Shown: positions 28,702 to 39,396, numbered from the stretch's first letter. The stretch: DNA of 64,000 bases from an uncultured Verrucomicrobiae bacterium (GCA_963718565.1 OY970364.1:1376001-1440000), one strand, 5' to 3'. Notes: generated from the letters alone by a model not told the origin. Program-made: numbers and translations.

Positions 28702-31098
28702 ATGAAAGCCCCGTTATCTTGGTTAAAAGAATATTTGAATTTCACGCAGTCCCCAGAAGAACTTGCCGATGTATTGACGTTGGCAGGAATCGAGGTGGAG
28801 GGCATGGAGTCTTTAGCGCTGAAATTTTCTGGAGTTGTCGTCGGTGAGGTTTTAGAGACGCACAAGCACCCTTCTGCTGATCGGCTTTGTGTCGCAAAAG
28901 TCAGCGATGGTCAAGAAGAATTTTCAGTTGTCTGCGGAGCTCCGAACTGTCGCGCAGGGATGAAGACAGCTTTTGCGAAGGTCGGCGCCACACTTACCGA
29001 TGAAGAAGGCAAAGCGTTCAAGATTAAGAAAAGCAAATTGCGCGATGTTGAATCGTACGGAATGCTCTGCTCAGGAAAAGAACTCGGGCTGGGAGACAGC
29101 CACGAGGAAATTGTGGAGCTTCCCGATGCGTTCGAGGTGGGTAAGGACTTAGCTTCTTATTATTCGGATCTGATTTTCGACGTGGCGCTAACGCCAAATC
29201 TCGGTCATTGCATGAGCATTTACGGCTTAAGCCGCGAACTCTCCGCTCAACTCAATATCCACTTGAAAAAACCTTCCTTTGATTGCAGCGAAAACGAGGA
29301 ACCCATTGAAAAACGCGTTCAAGTCTTGCTCATCGATAAAAAGCAATGTCCTCGTTATTCTTGCCGTGTCGTCAAAGGCGTTACAGTCGGCCCTTCTCCT
29401 GACTGGCTACAGAAAAAAATCGAAGCTTGCGGCATTCGGAGTATCAATAACATCGTCGACATCGGCAATCTCGTCATGCTCGAATTCGGCCAACCCTTGC
29501 ATATGTTCGATGCGGACAAAATCGATGGAAAAAAAATCATCATCACCGCGCAAACAGATTATCAAGAACTGGAAACTTTGGACGATGTGAAGCGGCCGAT
29601 CCCTCCAGAGGCTCTGCTGATCTGCGATGAGGCCAAGCCTCTGGCTTTTGCTGGAGTGATGGGTGGAAAGAGTTCTGCCGTCTCTCATCAAACCATCAAT
29701 GTCGTGATCGAAGCCGCGTATTTTACGCCTCAAGCAATCCGCAAGAGCGCCCGTCTGGTCGGGCTCAAAAGCGACTCTTCGCAAAGATTTGAAAAAGGGA
29801 TTGATCCCAATGCGATCATCGATGCCCTGAATTACGCCGCTTTTTTACTGCAAAAAGTGGCGGGTGGAAAAATTTGCAAGGGCCTTATCGATCAAAAGGC
29901 CCATGAGTTTGTCGAAAAAAAAATCGCTTGCCGCATTCAGCGTGTCAATGCATTGCTAGGAACTCATCTCAGTGCAGGAGAAATTGCGGGACTTTTACGC
30001 CGTCTAGAAATGAAAGTCTTGCAAGAGACAAACCACGAACTACTCGTCGCTGTTCCGACCTATCGCAATGATATTACAATCGAGGTCGATTTAATCGAAG
30101 AAGTCGCGCGCGTCTACGGGTACAACAATATCCCGAAGCCAATTCCCCTTCTCACGGCTTCTACGATTCCTAACGCTCCCCTTTATCTCATGGAAAAAGA
30201 AATCCGGATGCGGCTCATTGAGGAAGGCCTGCAGGAATTGATGACATGCGACTTGATTAGTCCGGCGCAAGCGGCGATGACACTAGAGCACTCGATGAGC
30301 AAAGAGGCACTGATTTCGGTCCTCCTTTCGCATTCGGTCGATCAGTCCGTTTTAAGAGCTTCATTATTTCCCGGTCTTTTACAGACCGTCAAATACAATA
30401 TCGACCATGGGATGACAAATATTGCAGGATTTGAGGTCGGTAGAATTCATTTTAAAGAAAAAGATCACTATGTTGAGCCGACAGTTGTCGGAATCATTCT
30501 TAGCGGTAAGCAAGCCCCTTATCATTGGGACCCTAAACCTGGAGATTTTGATGTTTACGACCTGAAAGGAGTCATCGAAAATCTTCTCGTGTCACTAAAA
30601 ATTGAAGATGTGGAATTTGAACCTTCCCATCTCCAAAATTTCCATCCTGGAAGACAGGCTAAAATTAAAAAAGGGCAAGCTATCCTTGGCGTGATGGGAG
30701 AGGTTCATCCTGAACATGTCGCAAAACTCGATATCCTTCAGCGGATTTTCTTTGCTGAAATCAATCTTCACGAGTTAATGCCCCTCATTCCAAAACAGTG
30801 GAAAGTGGCAGATCTGGCTCAATTTCCAGGTTCAGAACGCGATTGGACAGCCACCTTGAAAGAAGAGCAGCCTATCGCTGAAATTTTACGCGCCTTGCGC
30901 TCAGTCCCCTCGCACCTATTGGAGAAAGTAATACTTTTAGATCTTTACAAAAGCGAGCAAATCGGCAAAGATAAGAAAAATGTAACTTTTCGCTTCTTCT
31001 ATCGCGATTTGGAAAAAACGGTTGCCTATGAGGCAGTAGAGCAGGAACACGCTCGCATTATTGCGGCAGTAACGGAACAATTGAGGTCTCCCTTATGA
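28702..31098 (+). CDS. pheT: Phenylalanine-tRNA ligase beta subunit
   Basis: MKAPLSWLKEY, HPSADRL, VVCGAPN, INNIVDI, RFEKGID, DLIEEVARVYGY and FDX-ACB tail. Confidence 0.97.
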   Translation: MKAPLSWLKEYLNFTQSPEELADVLTLAGIEVEGMESLALKFSGVVVGEVLETHKHPSADRLCVAKVSDGQEEFSVVCGAPNCRAGMKTAFAKVGATLTDEEGKAFKIKKSKLRDVESYGMLCSGKELGLGDSHEEIVELPDAFEVGKDLASYYSDLIFDVALTPNLGHCMSIYGLSRELSAQLNIHLKKPSFDCSENEEPIEKRVQVLLIDKKQCPRYSCRVVKGVTVGPSPDWLQKKIEACGIRSINNIVDIGNLVMLEFGQPLHMFDADKIDGKKIIITAQTDYQELETLDDVKRPIPPEALLICDEAKPLAFAGVMGGKSSAVSHQTINVVIEAAYFTPQAIRKSARLVGLKSDSSQRFEKGIDPNAIIDALNYAAFLLQKVAGGKICKGLIDQKAHEFVEKKIACRIQRVNALLGTHLSAGEIAGLLRRLEMKVLQETNHELLVAVPTYRNDITIEVDLIEEVARVYGYNNIPKPIPLLTASTIPNAPLYLMEKEIRMRLIEEGLQELMTCDLISPAQAAMTLEHSMSKEALISVLLSHSVDQSVLRASLFPGLLQTVKYNIDHGMTNIAGFEVGRIHFKEKDHYVEPTVVGIILSGKQAPYHWDPKPGDFDVYDLKGVIENLLVSLKIEDVEFEPSHLQNFHPGRQAKIKKGQAILGVMGEVHPEHVAKLDILQRIFFAEINLHELMPLIPKQWKVADLAQFPGSERDWTATLKEEQPIAEILRALRSVPSHLLEKVILLDLYKSEQIGKDKKNVTFRFFYRDLEKTVAYEAVEQEHARIIAAVTEQLRSPL

Positions 31099-32111
31099 AC
31101 ATTAAGCTGAACAACAAGCTTTTCGCACTCTTCGGTCTTTTAAGCCTTCTCTCTTTGTGCGGATGTAAGAATGATGAGCAAGATGACAATGTCATCTCTG
31201 AGCGCTACATCCACAAATACGGCTACGCCGTTTCCAAACAAGATTGGGAAGAGAAAAATTATCCGGGCCAGGTCATCACCGATTTGAGCGATGGAGTGAC
31301 GCTCACCACAACTTATGAAAATGGCCTTAAGCACGGACCCACAACGTATACATTCCCCCACAGCCAAGCCGTCGAACATTATTGCTTGTACAATCAGGGA
31401 ACTCTCGTCAAAGAAATCAAATATGATCCCGCTGCGACTCCCATTAAAGAATGGGTACAGCTCTCCCCAACGCGTTATTCCATTACCACCTGGTATTCTC
31501 AAGGATCGCCCATGGCCGTTGAGGAATTTGTCGGCCAAGAGCTTCTCGATGGCCAGTATTTCACTTTAGCCAATGATTTGGAATCTCGTGTGGAAAAGGG
31601 AATTGGGCAAGCGACCCGTCGTGACCGCAATGGCCAACTCTTAGCAAATGAGCTCTTTGAGCAAGGCTATGCGATTAAAAAAGAGACATTTTACCCCAAT
31701 GGCGCTCCTGAATCGATCGCCTATTATTATCGCAATAGCCTGCATGGTGAAAAACGCACTTTTGCTCAAAGTGGTGAACCTCTAGCCATCGAAGAATGGG
31801 TCAACGGCCAACTCCATGGAAAATCCACCTACTTTAAAAATGGAAACCGTTATCTCGAAATTGCTTATCTTTACGGGCAAAAAAATGGAATCGAGCGTCA
31901 TTTTATCGATGGGGATATGATCTCTCAAGAAATCACTTGGGAAAATGATTTGAAACATGGCCCTTCTGTCTTCTACGCCGATGGAAAACCGGAATACCAC
32001 TGGTTTTATGCAGGCGAATCTGTAAGCAAGCGCAAATATGATGAATTCACGGACATGGATATGGTCATTTCCCACATTCCTTATAGAGATGACTCTCCCT
32101 ATATCCGGTAA
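31095..32111 (+). CDS. MORN/YwqK-like repeat lipoprotein
   Basis: Lipobox LCGC; repeated Y.NG.LHG/KHG units. Confidence 0.85.
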   Translation: MNIKLNNKLFALFGLLSLLSLCGCKNDEQDDNVISERYIHKYGYAVSKQDWEEKNYPGQVITDLSDGVTLTTTYENGLKHGPTTYTFPHSQAVEHYCLYNQGTLVKEIKYDPAATPIKEWVQLSPTRYSITTWYSQGSPMAVEEFVGQELLDGQYFTLANDLESRVEKGIGQATRRDRNGQLLANELFEQGYAIKKETFYPNGAPESIAYYYRNSLHGEKRTFAQSGEPLAIEEWVNGQLHGKSTYFKNGNRYLEIAYLYGQKNGIERHFIDGDMISQEITWENDLKHGPSVFYADGKPEYHWFYAGESVSKRKYDEFTDMDMVISHIPYRDDSPYIR

Positions 32112-32121
32112 TTTCGTCAAG

Positions 32122-32183
32122 TTGCTAACCGATCACCCTTGAAATTCGCCTCTAAGCGAATTTTAAGGGTGATCGGTTAGCAA
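32122..32183. repeat. 28-bp-arm inverted repeat after the pheT operon (terminator or mini-element)
   Basis: TTGCTAACCGATCACCCTTGAAATTCGC-CTCTAA-GCGAATTTTAAGGGTGATCGGTTAGCAA. Confidence 0.75.
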
Positions 32184-32469
32184 ATGTAGAGGTTACGTTT
32201 ATCTATTTTCCCGAAGGTCCAAAAATTCTCATCACATTAGAGTTCAGAGAGCGCATCTTCACAAGAGCTTCTCTTTGTTCTGCCAGTCGTTTTTCATGTT
32301 GTATGGAAAGCAATGCTGCACAACAAGATAAAGACCAACTGCTCGCATTTCTCGAAAGCTACGGAAAGAAAAAACCGCTGCATATTAAACTGAATATAGA
32401 GCGTCTTTCTCCTTTCAGAAAAAAGGCTCTCCACCATTTACAACAGATTCCTTTTGGAGAGGTTTTGAC

Positions 32470-32818
32470 CTGATCGTTACCCACAAATCTAAAATTTAGT
32501 ATCCTGTTTCGCTTTTCACAAGGAGCAGGTATCATGAACTACCAATGGATTCATCAACAATTCTCTAACGTCAATATGAAAGACACTCGTCTTTATTCAG
32601 GATGGGTCAGAGCTTTTGTTCAACTCTCATCCATGAGAGAGCACTGCCGATTGTCGCCAGAAACGCGAGTCGAAGAAGTAGTACCCCAGTGCTGTATTAT
32701 GCTTATGGAGCAGCGGCTGAGAGTGAAGCTTAAAACGGTGAGAGATTATTGGCGTTGCCTTGCGCGCTTAGGCGGCTTTATAGGACGCAAAGTTGATAAT
32801 TTGGTTATATATGATCAG
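32470..32818 (+). mobile_element. Internally deleted IS4-family (IS50/Tn5-like) element
   Basis: ORF 32534-32824 joins N-terminal WIHQQF.NVNMKDTRL to C-terminal LARLGGFIGRK; ends CTGATCGTTACCCACAAAT and TATATGATCAG. Confidence 0.7.
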
Positions 32819-32905
32819 GTTTGATCAAGTTTTGAAGAGCGGTTTCGCAACTGATCTAAGAATAAAAAAAGAACTTCTCGAGTTTGAAGGAAAGTTTTTG
32901 AACTT

Positions 32906-33145
32906 TTAACGCAGCTCTCCGGACGCATTCTCTGTTTTTAATTCCGGATCGTTGATGATGAATTCTTGAGGATCTAAATCCGCGATCGCCTTCACATCAT
33001 TTTCTTGGCCGGGTGTCCATTCCTCATCTTCTTCGTCGGCCATGACCATGTGATCATAGTCAAGCTCCTGCTCTTCTTCTTTTTGCGTACAAGAAGATAC
33101 GGTCATTAAAGTTAAAAGAGAAACAAGAATAGAAAAAAGCCTCAT
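32906..33145 (-). CDS. Small acidic lipoprotein
   Basis: Signal peptide with VSSC lipobox; Asp/Glu-rich mature part. Confidence 0.7.
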   Translation of the reverse strand: MRLFSILVSLLTLMTVSSCTQKEEEQELDYDHMVMADEEDEEWTPGQENDVKAIADLDPQEFIINDPELKTENASGELR

Positions 33146-33583
33146 AGCACGTCTTTGATAGGATTGTATTTTTGCATACTAGACTGGGCGCAGTATAAAT
33201 GAAAGCACCTTTTATGCTCAAACAACCTGAAAAAGTTGCAGCAGCTCCCGCTAGAAGCGGGAGCTGAGAGAAATGCGGCTTCGCCGCAGATATGAGAATG
33301 TTTTTGACAAAACAACACCGCCAGCACCTTTGCCTACGAACACCGTCAGATCTATACACGCTCAAAAACCAGGGTCCTCCTCAAGCTCGCTTGTTAGGAG
33401 GTGTCCACTCCCAGAGTAGCACCTTTAAAGCTCGGTGTTAGAGCTCCGAATAAATCCGTCCAAGATTTAACGTAATACAGATAAAATTAGCCAATACTGT
33501 TATTGAAAAAAATGGAATCGAGGGAGAGGCATTATCCCCAAGTATAAATGTTATGGTCCATCTCTTCAAGATTGCTCTCTTCC

Positions 33584-33754
33584 TATACCGCGCGCAGGAA
33601 GGTTTTGTGAATTTGGACTAGAGCGAGGCAAAGCACAATCGAAGCTTGCGGTCCGAATGACGAAGCCATAGTGGAAACTATGACTGAGGAAGAGGATTGA
33701 TTGGGCAAAGCCGCAGCCAGTCCAAATTTACAAAACCTGACGGAGCGCGGTATA
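33584..33754. mobile_element. Family D MITE, 171 bp
   Basis: TATACCGCGC...GCGCGGTATA; inner IR AGGTTTTGTGAATTTGGACT / AGTCCAAATTTACAAAACCT; near-identical to 40093-40262. Confidence 0.92.
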
Positions 33755-33838
33755 TACGTTGGCACGTTTTTTGCATCTTATTCTATTTTACCTAAGAGGG
33801 GTTTTGCAATTCCCTCTAAAATAATCATGGAGGGGGCA

Positions 33839-34033
33839 ATGACAAAGGAACAGATGCTCAAAAAGATCTCTGAACTGGAATCGATTAATGATCAACTCCA
33901 GGCTGAGATCCGTTATCTTGACCAGCTTCTTCGGCAGGTGGGTTTTGAAGATGGACTGAAAACATTAAAGTTTGCTGCTCAGGAACTTATTGAACAAGAT
34001 AGGCGCACAGAACACGACGAAGAGGCTTCTTAA
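33839..34033 (+). CDS. Small coiled-coil hypothetical protein
   Basis: GGAGG RBS, then MTKEQMLKKISELESINDQL...VGFEDGLKTLK.AAQEL. Confidence 0.75.
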   Translation: MTKEQMLKKISELESINDQLQAEIRYLDQLLRQVGFEDGLKTLKFAAQELIEQDRRTEHDEEAS

Positions 34034-34225
34034 GCTGAATTTTGGGTTCGTTTTATAGTAGATTGCCGTAAATTTCGAGGTGATTTTTGCAAATTTTGGC
34101 GGGTTCAATAGCTGGAGGCATCTATGAACGCGCCAAAATTTGCAAAAAGCGCCCGAAAGGTATGGCAAGATACTATGAAATGAACTCAAAACTCAAGTTC
34201 TTAAGCTACCCAAAACTCAGGTTAA
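34031..34225. mobile_element. Family F element plus an extra terminal fragment
   Basis: Homologous to 28495-28665; a second end CCCAAAACTCAGGTTA lies at 34209-34224. Confidence 0.85.
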
Positions 34226-36859
34226 CAATCCCAAAAGGTCATCGAGAGAAATGTGGCCAAACCCTTCTTCCGATTCCAGCAGGTGCTCGGATAGTGTTGT
34301 TTTATGCGCTTTTAACCGCATAATCTTTTCCTCTACACTTAGAGCCGTGATATAGCGACGAGCAATCACAGTTCCCTTTTTACCGAGACGATGGGCGCGA
34401 TCGATCGCTTGCCTCTCTACAGCATCGTTCCACCAAGGATCATAGAGAAATACATAGTCTGCAGCCGTCAGATTGAGCCCGACACCGCCTGCTTTAAGGC
34501 TGATCAGAAAAATAGAAACTTGTGGATCTTCTTGAAATCGTCGGACGGTCTCTTCACGATTTTTTGTACTTCCATCGAGATAAACATAATTCCATCCTCT
34601 TTGCCGAATGCCGGCCTCAAGCAGCCGGAGCATGGTAGTAAACTGACTATAGACCAAGATTTTACGTTGCTCATCGACCCCCTCTGCAAGATCGGAGAGG
34701 ACGCGATCGTATTTGGCGCTCAAAGCCTCCGCTTCTCCCTGTCTCTCTTCCACAAGCCAAGGATGGGCGCAAAGTTGTCTAAGGCGTAAAATAGCTTCGA
34801 GGATCTCCATACGGTGAGAGGCTGTCCCATCCAGGCTCACTTTTTTTAGCAGTCCCTGTTTTGTGTTCCTTAGCCATCGTTCATAAATATCGCGTTGAGG
34901 ATCTGTCATTTCGACAAAAACTGTCTGTTCGAGCTTAGGGGGAAGTTCGAGGGCAACCTGGTCTTTTTTTCGTCTTAAGAGAAACGGCTTGATCTTTTTT
35001 CTAATGCGGTCGAGATACTGGGTTCCCATTTGTGAACGCAAAACCTCTGCTTGAAACTGACGCCGTTCCCCCAAAAGATCCGGTTGTAAAAAGTGAAAAA
35101 TCGACCAGAGATCTTCCAGGCGGTTCTCGACGGGTGTTCCGGTAATCACAAGGCGAATGTGACTTTGCAGACGAAAACAACAACCTGCAATCTGGCTGTC
35201 AGGATTTTTAATCGCTTGCCCTTCATCTAAGATAACAGCTTGATAATCAATCTTTTCTAGCATCTCAGCATCTAGTCGTAGTAAAGCATAGGAGGTCAAA
35301 ATGATCTGTTTCTGCTCAAGCGCCTCTTTGTGTTGCAACCGGTCTTTTCCATAATGGGAATAGACGCTAAAAGAGGGCAAAAATTTCTCGATTTCCCGTT
35401 CCCAATTAAATAAAAGAGAAGTAGGCACGACGATCAAGCAAGGCCGTTGAAAAGACAATAGGGAAAAAAATGCCAGGACTTGTACAGTTTTTCCTAGTCC
35501 CATTTCATCCGCTAAAAGACCACCGAAGCCGCCTTCTTCGAGAAACTTGAGCCATTGAAGCCCTTCTTTTTGATAGGAAAAAAGTGTCCCATGAAAACAT
35601 TCATCCGGGTTGACGGGAGATGAAGGGTTGCAGCCCGACATTTTGATGATTTTTTGCCTGAGGTCTTCTCGAATCACCAGGTTGGGCTGTTCCAGTAACT
35701 GGCCTAGCAAGCCAAAATGATTTTTTTTTAGCTGGATTCCTTCGCTTGTCACCTCCTGTTCCACAAAACCACTCCATTCCTTACCGAAATTCTCACAGTC
35801 AAGAAGTGCAACAGTGTGGGGAGAGAGCTCAACGAAATGTTCCCGGCGATTAAAAGCTCCCACCAGATCTTTCATATCCACTTGATGGTCTTCGTAATAG
35901 ACTTTTGCGCGGATGGCGATCTTTTCTTCAGAAAACTGCGCATCGAATTCGGCTTTCTTTTGGCGCAGGACTCTGCGGCCGCGAACATCGAGAATTGTCC
36001 AGCCGATTTCGAGAAGAAAAGTCAGGCTTTTTGCAACTTTGTCCAAAGGACAGTAATAATGAGAATGCTCGACGACCTTTTTGATAAAATCAGTCTCTAG
36101 CAGATCTTTTTCCCAGTTTCTCTCCGCTTCGCAATTCCTCCAAGACCCAGCAGCATCATGTCCAGCAATTTTTCCATAGGCTCCATAATCGAACCAGAGG
36201 TCGGCAAATCCCCCATGCCTGCAACTTAAAATTAAAAAAGGCAGCGGTTCCACAATTTGAAGAGCATTTCCCGAAACCCAATGCACTTGAACTTCATCTT
36301 GTGCCCGGGAAAGAAAGTCAGAAAGGTCATGGCCTATGAGAAGTTGAGGACCTGAAATGGCAAGTCGCACCCATTGGCTGGAGATTTCTTCTTTTATCGA
36401 GCGGATGATTCCGTCTTTAAGGATCCAAGAAGGATCAGCGGGCACAATCCATTCACATTCTGCTAAAGTTCCTGTCTGGTTTCCTATTCTCCAAAACGCC
36501 GTGACAACTGCTGTTTCAGAATTCTGTTTGTCAATTTTAAAATAGAAATCATAAGAGGTGAAAGGATCCATGATCACTTTCTTCCCTTGATAAAAAATCC
36601 GTCCCGTCGCTCCGAGCAATTTCAGCGCGTGGAAAGCGCGTTCTGGAGCCACTTGGATACGATCTATGCTGACTTTGCTACTGGATCGGCTCAGCTCTTT
36701 GATCAGGAATTCCAATGCGCTTTTTTCGCTTGAGGTCGCCGCAGAAGAAAGCAAGTTGTTTCTAATGAGCGTTTTTTTAGATGCGCTGATCAATTCAATG
36801 TTCAAGTAACATTTGTGATTTTTGTTTTCCACCTCTAGGTGGTAACTGAGATCTGACAT
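34217..36859 (-). CDS. SNF2/SWI2-family helicase/ATPase
   Basis: LADEMGLGKT, LDEGQAIKN, TGTPVEN, SLKAGGVGLNL and QAIDRAHRLG motifs. Confidence 0.95.
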   Translation of the reverse strand: MSDLSYHLEVENKNHKCYLNIELISASKKTLIRNNLLSSAATSSEKSALEFLIKELSRSSSKVSIDRIQVAPERAFHALKLLGATGRIFYQGKKVIMDPFTSYDFYFKIDKQNSETAVVTAFWRIGNQTGTLAECEWIVPADPSWILKDGIIRSIKEEISSQWVRLAISGPQLLIGHDLSDFLSRAQDEVQVHWVSGNALQIVEPLPFLILSCRHGGFADLWFDYGAYGKIAGHDAAGSWRNCEAERNWEKDLLETDFIKKVVEHSHYYCPLDKVAKSLTFLLEIGWTILDVRGRRVLRQKKAEFDAQFSEEKIAIRAKVYYEDHQVDMKDLVGAFNRREHFVELSPHTVALLDCENFGKEWSGFVEQEVTSEGIQLKKNHFGLLGQLLEQPNLVIREDLRQKIIKMSGCNPSSPVNPDECFHGTLFSYQKEGLQWLKFLEEGGFGGLLADEMGLGKTVQVLAFFSLLSFQRPCLIVVPTSLLFNWEREIEKFLPSFSVYSHYGKDRLQHKEALEQKQIILTSYALLRLDAEMLEKIDYQAVILDEGQAIKNPDSQIAGCCFRLQSHIRLVITGTPVENRLEDLWSIFHFLQPDLLGERRQFQAEVLRSQMGTQYLDRIRKKIKPFLLRRKKDQVALELPPKLEQTVFVEMTDPQRDIYERWLRNTKQGLLKKVSLDGTASHRMEILEAILRLRQLCAHPWLVEERQGEAEALSAKYDRVLSDLAEGVDEQRKILVYSQFTTMLRLLEAGIRQRGWNYVYLDGSTKNREETVRRFQEDPQVSIFLISLKAGGVGLNLTAADYVFLYDPWWNDAVERQAIDRAHRLGKKGTVIARRYITALSVEEKIMRLKAHKTTLSEHLLESEEGFGHISLDDLLGLLT

Positions 36860-36868
36860 TAACTGTGG

Positions 36869-37819
36869 TTACTCTCCCCTACTCTCCGGCTCATCATAAT
36901 AATGGGCACGGCGGAAAGGTTTTGGGCGAGCCTTCTTCTCATAAGGTCTCAAGCGCGGAGTTTGGGTGCACTGTTCAGAACAGCATCCTTTTAATTTTTC
37001 CGCACATTTTGGGCATGCAAGAAAAAGCTCATTACAGTCCATATTGGCGCAGTTGTAATAAATATCGGATGGCACCTCACAGTGACGGCAACAGCTAATG
37101 ACCTCATCCGTTTTCTCATCGATAGGCACTGCGAGCCTGTCATCGAAGACAAAGAGTTTGCCTCGCCATTGATCATGTCCCTTTTTGAGTCCGTAATTAA
37201 TAACGCCCCCATCGAGTTGATAAACCTGTTCAAAACCCTCTTTTTTCAGCATCGCTGAATAGAGCTCGCAGCGAATGCCTCCTGTGCAATACATCATCAC
37301 TTTTGTCTCTTTAGGGTCGCAAGACTGTTTTAATTGACGCGCATATTGGGGGAACTCGCGGAAAGATGCTAACTTGGGAAGCTCAGCCCCTTCAAAGTGG
37401 CCGATTTCCCACTCATAATCATTGCGCACATCGAGAAGAAGAGTTTTCTCATCGCGGTTTTGCAGCATTTCTTTCCACTGTTCTGGAGCGACGTGCTCTC
37501 CAGTCAATGCCTTATCGACTTTCTCATCGATGGCGACAAGTTGCTTGCGAAACTTTACCGCCGCCCTAGGAAAGACATGATCCGTATGGGTGTGGATTTT
37601 GAAGGTGACATCTTTAAAACGAGGGTCGCTTTTTAGCCATTCCTGATAGGCTTTTGCATCTTCGGCCGGGGCGCTCATTTGCCCATTTATCCCTTCATAA
37701 GAGATATAAACACGGCATTGGATGTTTTTTGTCTGAATAAATTCTAAATGACGCACAACCTCCACATGGGGATTTTCGATACAGGTAAAATAATAATAAG
37801 CCAGAACTTGATAAAACAT
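36869..37819 (-). CDS. trhO: Rhodanese-domain tRNA uridine(34) hydroxylase TrhO/YceA
   Basis: EGINGQ, LDVRNDYEWEIGHF, MYCTGGIRCE, WRGKLFVFDDR and a Cys-rich tail. Confidence 0.9.
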   Translation of the reverse strand: MFYQVLAYYYFTCIENPHVEVVRHLEFIQTKNIQCRVYISYEGINGQMSAPAEDAKAYQEWLKSDPRFKDVTFKIHTHTDHVFPRAAVKFRKQLVAIDEKVDKALTGEHVAPEQWKEMLQNRDEKTLLLDVRNDYEWEIGHFEGAELPKLASFREFPQYARQLKQSCDPKETKVMMYCTGGIRCELYSAMLKKEGFEQVYQLDGGVINYGLKKGHDQWRGKLFVFDDRLAVPIDEKTDEVISCCRHCEVPSDIYYNCANMDCNELFLACPKCAEKLKGCCSEQCTQTPRLRPYEKKARPKPFRRAHYYDEPESRGE

Positions 37820-37841
37820 TTTTAGTCATTTGCAAGATGTC

Positions 37842-38099
37842 GAGGGAATTGCAAAACTCCTCGCTGCATAAAATCGCGCTTTTGGCACCTGTCGCCTTGG
37901 CGGCGGCTGCCTTCGGCCCCGGTTCGCTCTTCGCTCACCTGCTTTGCTACTTACGAAGGTTCCCCGGACCTTCTCGTGTCTTCGCAGCCACTTATTCAAG
38001 TATGCTTCCACCGCCGCCAACCGAACCCGCTGTGCGGGTTCTGGCAACAGGTGCCAAAATCATCGATTTTCTGCTGGCGAGGAGTTTTGCAATTCCCTC
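37842..38099. mobile_element. Family A MITE, full length, 258 bp
   Basis: Perfect 23-bp TIR GAGGGAATTGCAAAACTCCTCGC; GC-rich structured interior. Confidence 0.92.
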
Positions 38100-38177
38100 T
38101 GTCAATAAGAATAACTGAAAAAGAAAATCTAAACAAGAAAAGGCGAGGGCAGGGCAGCGGAAATTAAGAAAGATTTT

Positions 38178-39089
38178 TTAAGCCCTAATGCCTCTAGCAA
38201 AGAAAAACTCGTCTGCTTTTGAGCGATAATTGGTGAGATAAGGATAAGGAGTATTAGTAAAGAGTTTAACTTCTTGAAAGAACTTTCCAATATGCTCTTT
38301 CGTATCTTGTATGGCCCATTTTTGCGCTTCACTGACCAAACTAGGATCATTCTCCTCAGATCTTATTCTCTTGATGATAAAATCACGAAAATTATTTGTC
38401 CACATACCTTCTGCTCGTAAATACATCAAATCTTCTTTCTCTTGCTCGTCTAAATCGACTTCGTAGAAATTAAGTAAGCGTTGGCTGAACAAGAGGACAT
38501 CCCCTTTCCGCTGTTGTTCATTCTTTAGATAACCTTCCCAATATTCCCCATCTTTCTCGTCATCTTCTCTTAAAAATGTATATGGAATTAAAGCAATGCT
38601 GAAATGATTGACCGGTTGTTTAATATCATAAGGATAACCATACATACGAGGAGTGATTTCGCAGATAAAAATGCTTTCCGGAGAAGGCTTTAGTAAGGCA
38701 GCAGATGTAAAAATAAAATTCTCTCCTAAGCCTTTGCATGTCGATTGATCGATTACGACTTTATCGAATAAACGATAAAATTTAGATATTCTTGCCTCAT
38801 CTTGAAAATCACACCAGATATGAATTCTCTGATCCAAAGAATAAGGCTTACTCGCAAAATTGATATCTGTGGATATCCACACTTCGCCTTCTTCGTTAGG
38901 TAGAGGTTCATCTCCCACTCTTCCTACAAAGAGGCAAACTTTTAGATTGCCTGTGGACAGATTTTTAACCTTTTGAACGACTTCTTCGAAAGAATAGTTC
39001 TCCTGTATCTTTTCTAATTGAACTTTTTCTAGATCCAAAATGAGATCCTGAGAAGGACTAGCATCATTTGTTACTATATTAATCGCCAT
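38178..39089 (-). CDS. Hypothetical protein
   Basis: 303 aa AT-rich ORF with AGGTGG RBS; no motif recognised. Confidence 0.75.
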   Translation of the reverse strand: MAINIVTNDASPSQDLILDLEKVQLEKIQENYSFEEVVQKVKNLSTGNLKVCLFVGRVGDEPLPNEEGEVWISTDINFASKPYSLDQRIHIWCDFQDEARISKFYRLFDKVVIDQSTCKGLGENFIFTSAALLKPSPESIFICEITPRMYGYPYDIKQPVNHFSIALIPYTFLREDDEKDGEYWEGYLKNEQQRKGDVLLFSQRLLNFYEVDLDEQEKEDLMYLRAEGMWTNNFRDFIIKRIRSEENDPSLVSEAQKWAIQDTKEHIGKFFQEVKLFTNTPYPYLTNYRSKADEFFFARGIRA

Positions 39090-39222
39090 AAGACCACCTA
39101 TTAATTTTTAATTTATGCACGCTTATAATTTATTATCGTTTTTTAGGTTAGTAAATTAATTATATTGTTATTCTTTGTTTAAATAAATGAGTTTTTTTGT
39201 TTAAATTATATTTTATATTTTT

Positions 39223-39396
39223 TATACCCAAACAACTTGAAAAACTGGGAATTTGGCAAGAAGGCGCCCTGCATTTGAGGCAGGCGAAGCCGGCGCGGAA
39301 GCAGCACAACTTGAATAAGTTGTGCGATGGACGCGGGCTCAAAGGCAATGGCTGCCGACGCAGTCAAAAACCAATTTTTCAAGTTGTTTGGGTATA
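39223..39396. mobile_element. Family B variant with alternative TIRs, 174 bp
   Basis: TATACCCAAACAACTTGAAAAA / TTTTTCAAGTTGTTTGGGTATA; interior collinear with family B. Confidence 0.9.

Noticed and set aside
31095..32111. YwqK-like antitoxin of a toxin system
   Set aside because: MORN repeats are generic; the gene is coupled to pheT and has no adjacent toxin.
33180..33480. tmRNA, RNase P, SRP or 6S RNA
   Set aside because: No diagnostic termini or conserved motifs recognised on either strand.
33701..33838. Long N-terminal extension of the 33839 gene, and ORF 40089-40445
   Set aside because: Derived from family D sequence (the same GKAAASPN.QNLTERGI in both); a good RBS supports ATG 33839.
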